From NCBI GenBank assembly GCA_027036135.1, contig JALVSY010000007.1, forward strand, positions 1,060,880-1,124,879: a DNA stretch of 64,000 bases, given 5' to 3'. This stretch comes from Pyrodictiaceae archaeon (GTDB lineage Archaea > Thermoproteota > Thermoprotei_A > Sulfolobales > Pyrodictiaceae). The notes under the pieces are model-generated. The model was given only the letters and a program-made list of their open reading frames with translations, had not been told where the DNA came from and searched no databases. Within the stretch, counting starts at the first letter, position 1. Each line of letters opens with the position of its first letter. Below, one piece after another: positions 20,501-29,255 of this stretch. Both the position numbers and the translations under genes were made by a program.

Positions 20501-21448
20501 GTGCCAGCGATGACGTTGCAGAGTCTCAGCGTTCACGGGCTCGGGGTAAGCCTTGCCCACCCATATATGCTCCTTCTCTCACTCCTAGCATTGGTTCCTC
20601 TATTCCTCTGGAGGAGGGCGCGTAGAGTCTACCAGGTACTTGCTCAGAGCCTTGGCCCTAGGGGTAGGCCTCCACGCGTTCCCTTGTTCATGGTGCTCTC
20701 TATACTGCTGCTCTCCTTGGCAGCTAGTAGTCCCGTTATCCGCTACTATAAGGAGGTTAGGGTCGAGAACGCATCGCTTAGCACAGTGGAGAAGATCCCT
20801 ATTAGCCTTGTTGTGTGCCTAGATGTATCTAAGAGCATGAACTATAGGGATGGTGGCTTAAAGCGCATAGATATGGCCAAGGACTTCGTAGCGGGCCTAG
20901 CAAGGCACATAGGCCGTGCCAAGCTAGTTCTCCTAGTCTTCTCCAATACCACTAGGCTAGTATACGAGGGCGCACCCAGCAACGTTACTCAGATCCTGAG
21001 CAGTATAAAGGCTGGCGAACGATACTCAGCCATAGGCGATGCCGCGGCAGCCGCAGCCAGCTACGTGAAGGCATCAGGGATGCCTGGCGCAGTACTAGTC
21101 GTCACCGATGGTGGCTGGAACTACGGCGCTGACCCGGTAAGAGTCGCGGAGACGCTAAGGAGGGAGAAGATACCAGTGATATTCGTTATAGTCGGCAACG
21201 ATCCTCGGGGAGCAAGTCTTGCCGCGAAGCTGGAGAGCCATGGAGTAAGGGTTTACCAGCTAAACGAGCTAAGCTACCAGGCACTCAACAGCCTCGTAGA
21301 AGAAGCCGCGAGGAGTACAAGGCTAGAGACACTCCGCTTAGCAGGTATAACTAGTGTCTGGCTCCCTGTGGGCGAGAAGAGCATCTCGTGGCTCATAGGC
21401 CTAGCTACAGCACTCATCCTTGTCTTAAGACTAGTCGTGGAGACTTAG
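20501..21448 (+). CDS. BatA-like membrane vWA-domain protein
   Basis: HPYMLLL N-terminal motif, MIDAS DVSKS, SAIGDA, VTDG, C-terminal TM. Confidence 0.88.
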   Translation: MPAMTLQSLSVHGLGVSLAHPYMLLLSLLALVPLFLWRRARRVYQVLAQSLGPRGRPPRVPLFMVLSILLLSLAASSPVIRYYKEVRVENASLSTVEKIPISLVVCLDVSKSMNYRDGGLKRIDMAKDFVAGLARHIGRAKLVLLVFSNTTRLVYEGAPSNVTQILSSIKAGERYSAIGDAAAAAASYVKASGMPGAVLVVTDGGWNYGADPVRVAETLRREKIPVIFVIVGNDPRGASLAAKLESHGVRVYQLNELSYQALNSLVEEAARSTRLETLRLAGITSVWLPVGEKSISWLIGLATALILVLRLVVET

Positions 21449-21463
21449 AGAGGGCTACGAACC

Positions 21464-22444
21464 ATGAACGTGACTGGTATAAAGCTAGTGGAGTCCGTTG
21501 CTGGCATCGTGGCGCTGGCTCTGCTTGTCTCGGCTATACTACTAGCTAGGAGGCCGAGCAGGAGGTACTACGAGAGGAACAGATTCATTCATCCCTTAGC
21601 AAGGTTCGTTGAGGATAGGCCCTATACGCGTCGCCGCGGCATACTGGCCCTAGAACTCCTCATAGCCCTAGTCTTCTCGCTAGCAGTGGCTTCACCAACT
21701 ATTAGTTATACTGTGACTAAGATTGTTGAGAAACAAGCGGCGACCCAGCTAAGAGTACCGCCCAGGCCAGCCCTCGTCATAATAATAGATACCTCGGGGA
21801 GCATGAGTGGCTGGAAGATAGAGGCAGCGAAGCAAGCTATAGAGAGGCTCGTAGAGAAGATAGCTAGCCTTAACAAGACAGTGGACATTGGGCTCATATC
21901 GTTTAGCCATGTAGTCAAGCTCGCTATACCGTCAACCGACAACGTCTCAGAGATACTCCAGGCGATAAAGGAGCTTAGAGCAGGCGGCGGTACAATGTAC
22001 ACCTATCCCCTAATGACGGCGTATAGCTGGCTAAGCCTATACCGTCACTTCAACCAGACAGCAATAATAGTGTTCGCGAGCGATGGGCTACCAGCCGATA
22101 GGGAACAATACCGCGAAGTACTCAGGCGCCTAGCAGCAATAGGCGTAAAGATATACACAGTATTCATAGGCAAGAGCCCTGAGGGGAGAAGAGAGACAGA
22201 ATACATGGCAAAAATTGGTCACGGCAAGAGCTACACAGCAGCCGAAGCAACAGAGCTAATCAAGGTATTCGAGGAGATAGCAAATCAGGCCACAAAGGCA
22301 CTAATGAACGTCACGGTGTCAGCAAAGCTAACAATAAGGATAACAAAGGAGAAACAACTAAGCCCCTACCTTTACGCAGCCGCCGCGCTACTCCTAGCAA
22401 TCTACGCTATGCTGTGGCACCGCGAACTAGGACTAGCAGCATAG
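21464..22444 (+). CDS. Membrane vWA-domain protein
   Basis: MIDAS DTSGS, AGGGT, ASDG; N- and C-terminal TM helices. Confidence 0.9.
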   Translation: MNVTGIKLVESVAGIVALALLVSAILLARRPSRRYYERNRFIHPLARFVEDRPYTRRRGILALELLIALVFSLAVASPTISYTVTKIVEKQAATQLRVPPRPALVIIIDTSGSMSGWKIEAAKQAIERLVEKIASLNKTVDIGLISFSHVVKLAIPSTDNVSEILQAIKELRAGGGTMYTYPLMTAYSWLSLYRHFNQTAIIVFASDGLPADREQYREVLRRLAAIGVKIYTVFIGKSPEGRRETEYMAKIGHGKSYTAAEATELIKVFEEIANQATKALMNVTVSAKLTIRITKEKQLSPYLYAAAALLLAIYAMLWHRELGLAA

Positions 22445-22451
22445 CTCAGTA

Positions 22452-23258
22452 TCACTGCTCCTTCCTTGAGAGCCCCAACGCCTCGGCAAGTCTCCTAAAC
22501 ACGCTCCATCTCCCACGGTAATACTCGGGATGGAGCCCGGCATCAACAGCGATAACCAGCAAACCAGCAACAATTATCGATAACGCCCTAGCGAATGAGA
22601 GTATAGTTATCCTTGGCTTCATAGCAGTCCTTATGGTTATCTCTAGGGAGCCTACCCCTCTTCCTAGCGGAGTACCGTATATGAGACTAGTTTGGAGTGC
22701 TTGTTGTAGAGCCTGTGTACCCGGTATGGTGTTGCCGTAGCTGATTACGTCAAAGGAGCTCGCTGGCAAATAATAAACAACTACTATTGTTACGCTATTA
22801 CCGCCCAGCTTGGTTACATCGATGCTCGCTCTCCAGGGCAGATTATGATAGACCAGTATACTGGTCTTTGACCTTGTCTGCGACATAAGTGAGAGCCTTA
22901 TCGCATAGTCTATCTCGCGGAAAGACTCTACCCTCGGCGGCGGTGGCTGAGGAGACCGGCATCCCGGAGCTATGTATACGTGTAGTCTTATTGCTGCGGG
23001 GTTCCTTATCTTAATCATCCATGGCGCTATAGTGTGGCTCACTAGTCTTACTGCTAGGTATGTTTGGTAAGCATCGCTGTAGGGCAGTGAGGTGCACATA
23101 GAGGCCGTGAGGTATATCCCGTCCCTGCTAATCGATAATTGGCCTCCCGTACTTATACTTGAGCTGAAGGGTGTACCGGTTATGCTCGGCACCGCGATGG
23201 CTGCGATCGAGGCTATTCCAGCAACTAGTAACACTACACCGAGTGTCCGTATGAGCAT
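22452..23258 (-). CDS. Membrane protein with extracytoplasmic domain, in the ABC operon
   Basis: N- and C-terminal TM helices; 3 bp downstream of the permease. Confidence 0.7.
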   Translation of the reverse strand: MLIRTLGVVLLVAGIASIAAIAVPSITGTPFSSSISTGGQLSISRDGIYLTASMCTSLPYSDAYQTYLAVRLVSHTIAPWMIKIRNPAAIRLHVYIAPGCRSPQPPPPRVESFREIDYAIRLSLMSQTRSKTSILVYHNLPWRASIDVTKLGGNSVTIVVVYYLPASSFDVISYGNTIPGTQALQQALQTSLIYGTPLGRGVGSLEITIRTAMKPRITILSFARALSIIVAGLLVIAVDAGLHPEYYRGRWSVFRRLAEALGLSRKEQ

Positions 23259-23261
23259 AGT

Positions 23262-24011
23262 TTACACCTCTATTCTCTCAGAGTACTTTAATAATAGGGC
23301 TACGAGTGCTGCAGAGCCCCCATAGGAATATAGTAGGCCGAAAACCCTGACCATGGAATCGTTCTCGAAAATTACTACAGCTGGATGAAATATAGATGTG
23401 AAGACTGTAAGTACCTCATCGCTTATGTGTAGCCCAAGTGTGCTTGAAAGTATGCCTAGGATCAGTAGGCCTAGTGCTGGGATTAGGAACATGAATGATA
23501 GCATGGCGAAAACTGCTCTACTCTTGTTTCTCAGCAATAGTGATAAGAATAGCGTTAGTAGTGCTATGTAGAGGAGCTCCCCGAGGGTATAGATTACTGG
23601 CTCGTATATGATTGGCTTTGTTACGAGTCTTGGTGATAGGACGAGGGCTGGGATGAGGATCGCAGCGATGTAGCTAACGCCCAGCAGGGCTGGGCCAGCT
23701 AGGAGCCATGCAGCCATGTACTCCCTCTTAGTAATTGGTTGCACTAGGTATATCATTGCCTGGCCAGTGCCTACCTCGTCCGCTATACCGGTTAACATTA
23801 GAGCCGCCATTAGGGTATAGATTACTCCGAGGAATACCTCGGTGCCCTTCGTAGCGTCTGGATCGAAGCCAGTAACGGGTAGGAAGACACCATTGAGCAC
23901 CGAGACTAGGATGACTAGGGTGATTAGTGCCTTCCCCAGCGTATTCATGACTATAAAGTCTGTCTGGGCTAGTATAGCATCCAGGCTAATTCGCTTCATC
24001 TCGGTGCTCAC
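23262..24011 (-). CDS. ABC-2 type exporter permease
   Basis: 6 TM helices; DEVGTG...LVQPITKRE motif. Confidence 0.85.
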   Translation of the reverse strand: MSTEMKRISLDAILAQTDFIVMNTLGKALITLVILVSVLNGVFLPVTGFDPDATKGTEVFLGVIYTLMAALMLTGIADEVGTGQAMIYLVQPITKREYMAAWLLAGPALLGVSYIAAILIPALVLSPRLVTKPIIYEPVIYTLGELLYIALLTLFLSLLLRNKSRAVFAMLSFMFLIPALGLLILGILSSTLGLHISDEVLTVFTSIFHPAVVIFENDSMVRVFGLLYSYGGSAALVALLLKYSERIEV

Positions 24012-24988
24012 CCCGCGGTCTCAACAGCTCTCCTATAGAGTTGGTCTAGGTAGCTCGACTTAGCCTCGTAGCTTAGGACTAGGCCCTCCGAGACTAGCTC
24101 GTCGAGTACATGATGTACCTCAGTACTGGCTCTGGAATCAACGTGGACCTCGAGGGTGTTGTCGTCCTTTATTAGGACGCCTTTAACGTGCTCGAGGCCT
24201 ATGAGTTGTTGCGCAACACGTCTTGGTTCACGACTAGTCTTAACCTCGTATATTGTGACCGCGCCATACTTGGCTGAGAGTTCATCGAGTCTCCCGTAAT
24301 CAATGACTACGCCGCGGTGTATGAACACGGCGTAGTCTATTACTAGCTGTAGCTCTGGCAATATATGGCTGGATATGATTACTGTTGCTCCTAGGTCCCG
24401 CTTAAGAGTAGCTATTAGCTCGAGCATCTCCATCCTCGCGATTGGGTCGAGGTTAGCCGTTGGCTCATCGAGCAACAGTATCTCGGGCTGGCTTAGCAGG
24501 GTTTGTGCTAATCCGAGTCTCTGGAGATAACCCCTAGACATAGCCTTGATGGGCTTATCCAGGTACTTGTCTATCCCGACTAGCCGGGCTATGCGCCTAA
24601 CATCGCTCCAGGGAACTCTGCGCAACCGGGCCACGTGGCGGAGGAAATCCTCTACACGAACCGATAACGGGTAAACAGGTCTCTCGGGCAAGAAGCCCGT
24701 CAATGCTTTGACTTCTCTCTCCTCGCGCTCCGGGTCGAGCCCCTTCACCGATACCTCGCCGGAGTCGCGGCGAAGCAGGCCAACCATTAGCTTTAGGCTA
24801 GTAGTCTTGCCGCTACCATTAGGCCCCAGGAAGCCTGCGAGAGCGCCACTAGGGACTATGAAGCTAGCACCTTGGAGTGCTGTGACACGGCGCTTACCGC
24901 TACCATATGTTTTCACAACGTTGCGAAACTCTATCAACGAAGCTGTACCCCCGCGATAGGGAGACGCGGCAAGAGGATAGTGGAACAA
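24008..24988 (-). CDS. ABC exporter ATP-binding protein
   Basis: GPNGSGKTT, MSRG signature, LLLDEP, SSH; probable start is the TTG at 24937. Confidence 0.93.
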   Translation of the reverse strand: MFHYPLAASPYRGGTASLIEFRNVVKTYGSGKRRVTALQGASFIVPSGALAGFLGPNGSGKTTSLKLMVGLLRRDSGEVSVKGLDPEREEREVKALTGFLPERPVYPLSVRVEDFLRHVARLRRVPWSDVRRIARLVGIDKYLDKPIKAMSRGYLQRLGLAQTLLSQPEILLLDEPTANLDPIARMEMLELIATLKRDLGATVIISSHILPELQLVIDYAVFIHRGVVIDYGRLDELSAKYGAVTIYEVKTSREPRRVAQQLIGLEHVKGVLIKDDNTLEVHVDSRASTEVHHVLDELVSEGLVLSYEAKSSYLDQLYRRAVETAG

Positions 24989-25025
24989 ACCATGGTTTTC
25001 ATGGAATGTATAGTCTCTGTCTAAC

Positions 25026-25058
25026 TATTTATAGCTTGGTGTAGATGCCAGCTACACC
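25026..25058 (-). promoter_or_regulatory. 21-bp palindromic operator (copy 2) plus TATA box
   Basis: + strand 25038-25058 GGTGTAGATG-C-CAGCTACACC; on the minus strand followed by AAGC-TATAAATA, facing the ABC operon. Confidence 0.8.
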
Positions 25059-25071
25059 GGGAAATTAATTA

Positions 25072-25111
25072 GGTTACGGGGGGTGTAACCTGGTTATAGG
25101 GGGTGTAACCT
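25072..25111 (+). repeat. Tandem 20-bp self-palindromic repeats at the ATPase start
   Basis: GGTTACGGGGGGTGTAACCT followed by GGTTATAGGGGGTGTAACCT (18/20 identical). Confidence 0.85.
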
Positions 25112-26207
25112 GCTATTCAGGCTCGGAGTCAAAGAGGATCCAAGAGACTTCTACAACTACGAGGAGGAGCTTCAGACACTGCTAAGAGGCCTAGGCGATG
25201 AGCTCGCACGGCTCATTGTCGTAAAGGGTGTTAGGAGGATAGGGAAATCATCCCTAATACGCGTGGGTCTCAGCCTCCACGAGAACGGGTTGCACCTTGT
25301 GCTAGATGCACGCTCCATACCAGTACTCAGTACCGACACGGTCTACGACTTGTTGGCTAGGAGCCTAACCAGCTTAGTGACGAGAACCAGTCTCAGAGCA
25401 GTAATCTCGTCCGTGCTATCTAAAGTAGAGGGCATAAGCATTAATGGAGTACAAATAGGTATTAGGAGGCGCCGCCCCGACGTACTGGTAGAGATTGCAG
25501 AGGCCCTAGGAGAAGTAGCTGAGAGGACTGGTAAGAAACTAATCCTTGTGTTCGACGAGGCACAAGATTTCAGAATAGTGCCCGGGTTTACGCGGATGCT
25601 CGCACACATATACGACTACATCGATAACGCCAAGATAGTCCTAGCTGGCTCCGAGGTAGGCCTCCTAGACAAGCTACTCGGGAAGAACGATCCCTCGGCA
25701 CCCCTCTATGGCAGAGCATTCCTCGAGATAGAGATGAGGAGACTAAGCAGAGAAGCATCAATAGATTTCCTCACAAGGGGATTCGAGGAGCTAGGCATGA
25801 AGTGGCCCCAGCAATACATAGAGGAGGCAGTGGACTCCCTCGACGGCATACCTGGCTGGTTAACGAGCTACGGATACTACAGCTACGTCTACAGGAACCA
25901 TAGAAGGGCCCTCGAGAAGACTCTTGAGGAGGGAGCAAGTATTGTTAGGAGCGAGATAGAGCGCTTCCTAGCAAACCGGGCTGCTGCTCGTATACGCTAC
26001 CTATCCCTACTGAGATGCCTATCGCTACGAGACATGAGGTGGACCGAGCTAAAAAGGTGCCTCGAGACAAGTATCAGCAAGCAGCTAAACAAGTCACAGT
26101 TCAACCGCTATGTAAGAGAGCTACGGGACTACGGCTTCGTGGAGAAGAGAGACGAGTACTATACGCTAGCAGACCCCTTGATAAGGCATGCTGTGACGCG
26201 GTACTAG
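25110..26207 (+). CDS. Archaeal AAA+ ATPase (ATPase_2 type) with C-terminal wHTH
   Basis: Frame extends 51 codons upstream of the tracked 25263 start to a CTG at 25110 (LFRLGVKEDPRDFYNYEEE...GVRRIGKS Walker A); FDEAQ Walker B, GSEVG, PLYGR, DGIPGWL. Confidence 0.85.
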   Translation: MLFRLGVKEDPRDFYNYEEELQTLLRGLGDELARLIVVKGVRRIGKSSLIRVGLSLHENGLHLVLDARSIPVLSTDTVYDLLARSLTSLVTRTSLRAVISSVLSKVEGISINGVQIGIRRRRPDVLVEIAEALGEVAERTGKKLILVFDEAQDFRIVPGFTRMLAHIYDYIDNAKIVLAGSEVGLLDKLLGKNDPSAPLYGRAFLEIEMRRLSREASIDFLTRGFEELGMKWPQQYIEEAVDSLDGIPGWLTSYGYYSYVYRNHRRALEKTLEEGASIVRSEIERFLANRAAARIRYLSLLRCLSLRDMRWTELKRCLETSISKQLNKSQFNRYVRELRDYGFVEKRDEYYTLADPLIRHAVTRY

Positions 26208-26209
26208 AT

Positions 26210-27271
26210 TTACCCCACGGTCTTCCTAACAAGCTCCAACGCGTCCCTTATCAAGCGAGTCCGGGCACCATACCTTGTCTTCTCCTCGTACTCTATGAGT
26301 TTCTCGACACGGGGTATGAGGCGGTGATTAAGCACATGGAACAGTACAGCGTCAACGTCGCGTGGCTCAGCACTATCCCTTCCCTCCAGCGCGGCCCGTG
26401 CCTTGGCCGCTCGTAGCAGTGCTATCCCGGCCCTCGGGCTAGCACCAAGCTCAAGGTACTCCGCTACGGGCTCGAAGACCTCTGGCCTAGTAGCTCTCAG
26501 CAACCGAGCAATATAGTCAAGCACCTCCTCCGAGACAGTCACATGGCTAGCAACAACCCCCTGTGCCGCGACAAGCCAGCCGGGCTCAACAAGGGACTCA
26601 AGGTCCTCAACGGGCTCAACGAGCCTAGACGAGTGGAGCCTTAGGATACGCTTCTCGTCCTCTAGGGTCTCAGGATACCCTATGAGGATCCTCATAAGGA
26701 ATCTATCGAGCTGTGCCTCTGGCAGGGGATAAGTTCCCTCCTGCTCCACCGGGTTCTGGGTAGCAAGTACTAGGAAGAACTTACCCCGGTCACGGTACTC
26801 AAGCCTATAGGTCTTATCGCCTATAGTTACCTCCTTCTCCTGCATCGCCTGGAGCAGCGCTGACTGTGTACGAGGAGTCGCGCGGTTAATCTCATCCGCC
26901 AAGACAAGGTACGCGAATACCGGCCCAAAGCGTGGCTCAAAGCCACGAGTAGCAGGGTTGTACACGAGGCTACCAGTTATATCGCTTGGCAAGAGATCCG
27001 GGGTGAACTGGATACGAGAGAACCCCCTGAAAGGCACACCCTCTATGACCTCCTCGCGGCCAAGGAGTCCCAGGAGCCGAGCAAACCCCTTGACCATAGT
27101 GGTCTTAGCTACCCCGGGCACACCCTCCAACAAGACATGGCCATTAGCTAGCAAGGAGACAGCAATAAGCCGGGTAGCCTCGCCAAGCCCGATAACCACG
27201 CCCTCAACACGTTCAACGATCTCCCCCATAACCTCCCTTACATCATCGATACCACGAACAGTAATCGACAA
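26210..27271 (-). CDS. moxR: MoxR-family AAA+ ATPase
   Basis: EGVPGVAKT, RIQFTPDLLPSD, DEINRA, ATQNPVEQEGTYPLPEAQLDRF, GASPR. Confidence 0.95.
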   Translation of the reverse strand: MSITVRGIDDVREVMGEIVERVEGVVIGLGEATRLIAVSLLANGHVLLEGVPGVAKTTMVKGFARLLGLLGREEVIEGVPFRGFSRIQFTPDLLPSDITGSLVYNPATRGFEPRFGPVFAYLVLADEINRATPRTQSALLQAMQEKEVTIGDKTYRLEYRDRGKFFLVLATQNPVEQEGTYPLPEAQLDRFLMRILIGYPETLEDEKRILRLHSSRLVEPVEDLESLVEPGWLVAAQGVVASHVTVSEEVLDYIARLLRATRPEVFEPVAEYLELGASPRAGIALLRAAKARAALEGRDSAEPRDVDAVLFHVLNHRLIPRVEKLIEYEEKTRYGARTRLIRDALELVRKTVG

Positions 27272-27292
27272 GGAAGCCTACACCCCTAGGAG

Positions 27293-28149
27293 CTACTTGG
27301 TCAACACTATATCAGCTACCTTGAGCACCCGGCTCCACGGGACATCCACGAAGGAGCCGCGGAGCGGCTCCCTGACAACAAACTCCTCCAACAAGTCCCC
27401 CACCTTGTCAACCACACCCAGCTCCTCCAGTAACTCCCTTACACGGGGCAGGAGCGAGAGATCAAGCCGGGGCGAGACAAGTGGGTCACGATACTCAGCA
27501 AGCCTCTCATATACCTGGAGAAGCCCCTCTTCTTCAATGAGTTAAGGAACCCAAGCCAGTTAATATACCCAGACACGCCCTCGCTGCGACTAACCCGGAG
27601 CCCAGGCTCACCCGGCCCAATAACGAGGTCCTCCACGTAGCCAAGAACCCCCTCGGAGAGACTAACCACTAGCCGGCCCCGAATCTCCTCCAATGGAGGA
27701 ACCCCAGGCCTTTCCAACACAGGTTTGCGGCCACGGTACCTAGCCTCACGGGGAGTACGAAGAACAATAACCTTTTCAACAACCTCCTCGGAGCCATGAA
27801 CAAGCCTACGAGAATCAACAACAGCAACCTCGCTAACCGGGACAAGAGCCTTCAACAAACGAACCCTAGACTCAGCAGACCGATAAGGAACATCAACACC
27901 AAGCTCCCGGGCACGAGCAACCAAGACCTCCAAAGGCTCACCCGGCCTAACCCTCACACCACGGTCACGAAGAGCCTCAACAAGCCTATCAACATCAACT
28001 ACAGGCTGACGAGCACTAACCTCGACAACAACCCGGAGAAACAAGACACCACCACGAACAACATAGCCATCAAACAATCCATAAAACAAGCCCTCAGAAT
28101 CAAAAACCCGGGCACCACCAAGCTCTTCAGCACTAAAGAACCTAGCCAC
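27293..28149 (-). pseudogene. Tandem PRC-barrel-like protein with frameshift near 27520
   Basis: Two PRC-like starts (EELGGARVFDSEG; EEIRGRLVVSLSEGVLGYVEDL); the alternative frame continues VYERLAEYRDP...VDVPWSRVLKVADIVLTK* to 27293. Confidence 0.65.
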
Positions 28150-28215
28150 CAAACACACCCACAACAATAGAACAAAACAAAACCAAACAAAAACACACCC
28201 ACAATCACAACTCAC

Positions 28216-28455
28216 TCCGACTACATGATGAGCCCGTCTACCTTAACCTTTAAACTCCTTTTTCTTTTCCCTTGGGAACACTCCGTGAGCGGAGTTGCAA
28301 GGTTCCTCGGGAACAACGATTCAACTCTATTCAAACCCATGGGAACACCTTCAAGGCCTCAGAGCACCAGATGCACGGGAATTAGACTCGTTCCGACAAA
28401 CATAAATAACCAGATCATACCGGGTACCATTCGGACCCAAAAGGGAACCATACCA
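28216..28455 (+). promoter_or_regulatory. Putative CRISPR leader
   Basis: ~240 bp 5' of the first repeat with no convincing ORF; TATA-like CTTTAAA and CATAAATAA; recurring GGGAA(C) motifs. Confidence 0.55.
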
Positions 28456-28760
28456 GACATACTCAATAGAGAATTGTAAGCGTGATGCTTGCCCGGGGCG
28501 GCCCGCCAGTTATATAAGAAAATGACATACTCAATAGAGAATTGTAAGTGGAAGTTCTCCTCACACATGCATCAAGCTTTGCTAGCTCATCAAAGACATA
28601 CTCAATAGAGAATTGTAAGCAATCGTTAGTCTCTCTGCACCCAGCTTCCTGGCAAGTTCCTCCAGTGACATACTCAATAGAGAATTGTAAGTTTAGTCTT
28701 AGCCTGTAGCCGCTTAGCCAGCTTATTATGAAGTGGACATACTCAATAGAGAATTGTAAG
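28456..28760 (+). CRISPR. CRISPR array, 5 identical 25-bp repeats and 4 spacers
   Basis: GACATACTCAATAGAGAATTGTAAG at 28456, 28524, 28595, 28667, 28736; spacers of 43, 46, 47, 44 bp; the ATTGTAAG 3' end gives the orientation. Confidence 0.97.
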
Positions 28761-28836
28761 TTGATACTAGAAGTAATAATATGTATGTGGTTTTTATTTA
28801 CTTTACTAGCTCTAGTAATGGGATGGGCGCTGGTTC

Positions 28837-29145
28837 TTGGATAATGGAGGAGTGAATGAGGAGCTTGCTAGGAGCCTTGATAAGGAGTGGCATAGATTCT
28901 TTAATGGTCGCTGCAAGGTTTCTGTGAGGTATTGTTACTTGTTCTATGATGCTGAGAACAATATTGTCTTTGAGAAAGAGTGCAGCTTTCGTGATCTCGG
29001 TGACGCTGTTCGTGCTCTTAAGAAGCGCGCAACGAGCTTGAGGGAGGCGGTGCTTCTTGTAGACCTGTGTCCGAGAAGGATTTCGTTGGTGCTCCTATCT
29101 ATGTATGTGAGGTTCCTCTCGAGCAGGATCATGGTGTTAGAGTAG
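28837..29145 (+). CDS. Small hypothetical protein downstream of the CRISPR array
   Basis: 102-aa ORF with no recognisable motif. Confidence 0.45.
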   Translation: MDNGGVNEELARSLDKEWHRFFNGRCKVSVRYCYLFYDAENNIVFEKECSFRDLGDAVRALKKRATSLREAVLLVDLCPRRISLVLLSMYVRFLSSRIMVLE

Positions 29146-29255
29146 CGAGAATTATTGGTAGAATTGATATGATTACTCGTGGTAGGGAGGAGCGTAGGAA
29201 GCTGAACCAGCTATTATCCTGGTTCTGGTTTTTGCGCAAGCGATAGATAAGATCC

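Noticed and set aside
27700-28215. Strong A/C skew and N/K/T-rich ORF 27796-28170
   Set aside because: Mirror image of the G/T-rich codons of the minus-strand PRC-like gene
29146-29170. GAGAATT/AGAATTG resembling a sixth CRISPR repeat
   Set aside because: Only ~7 nt match and out of register with the array
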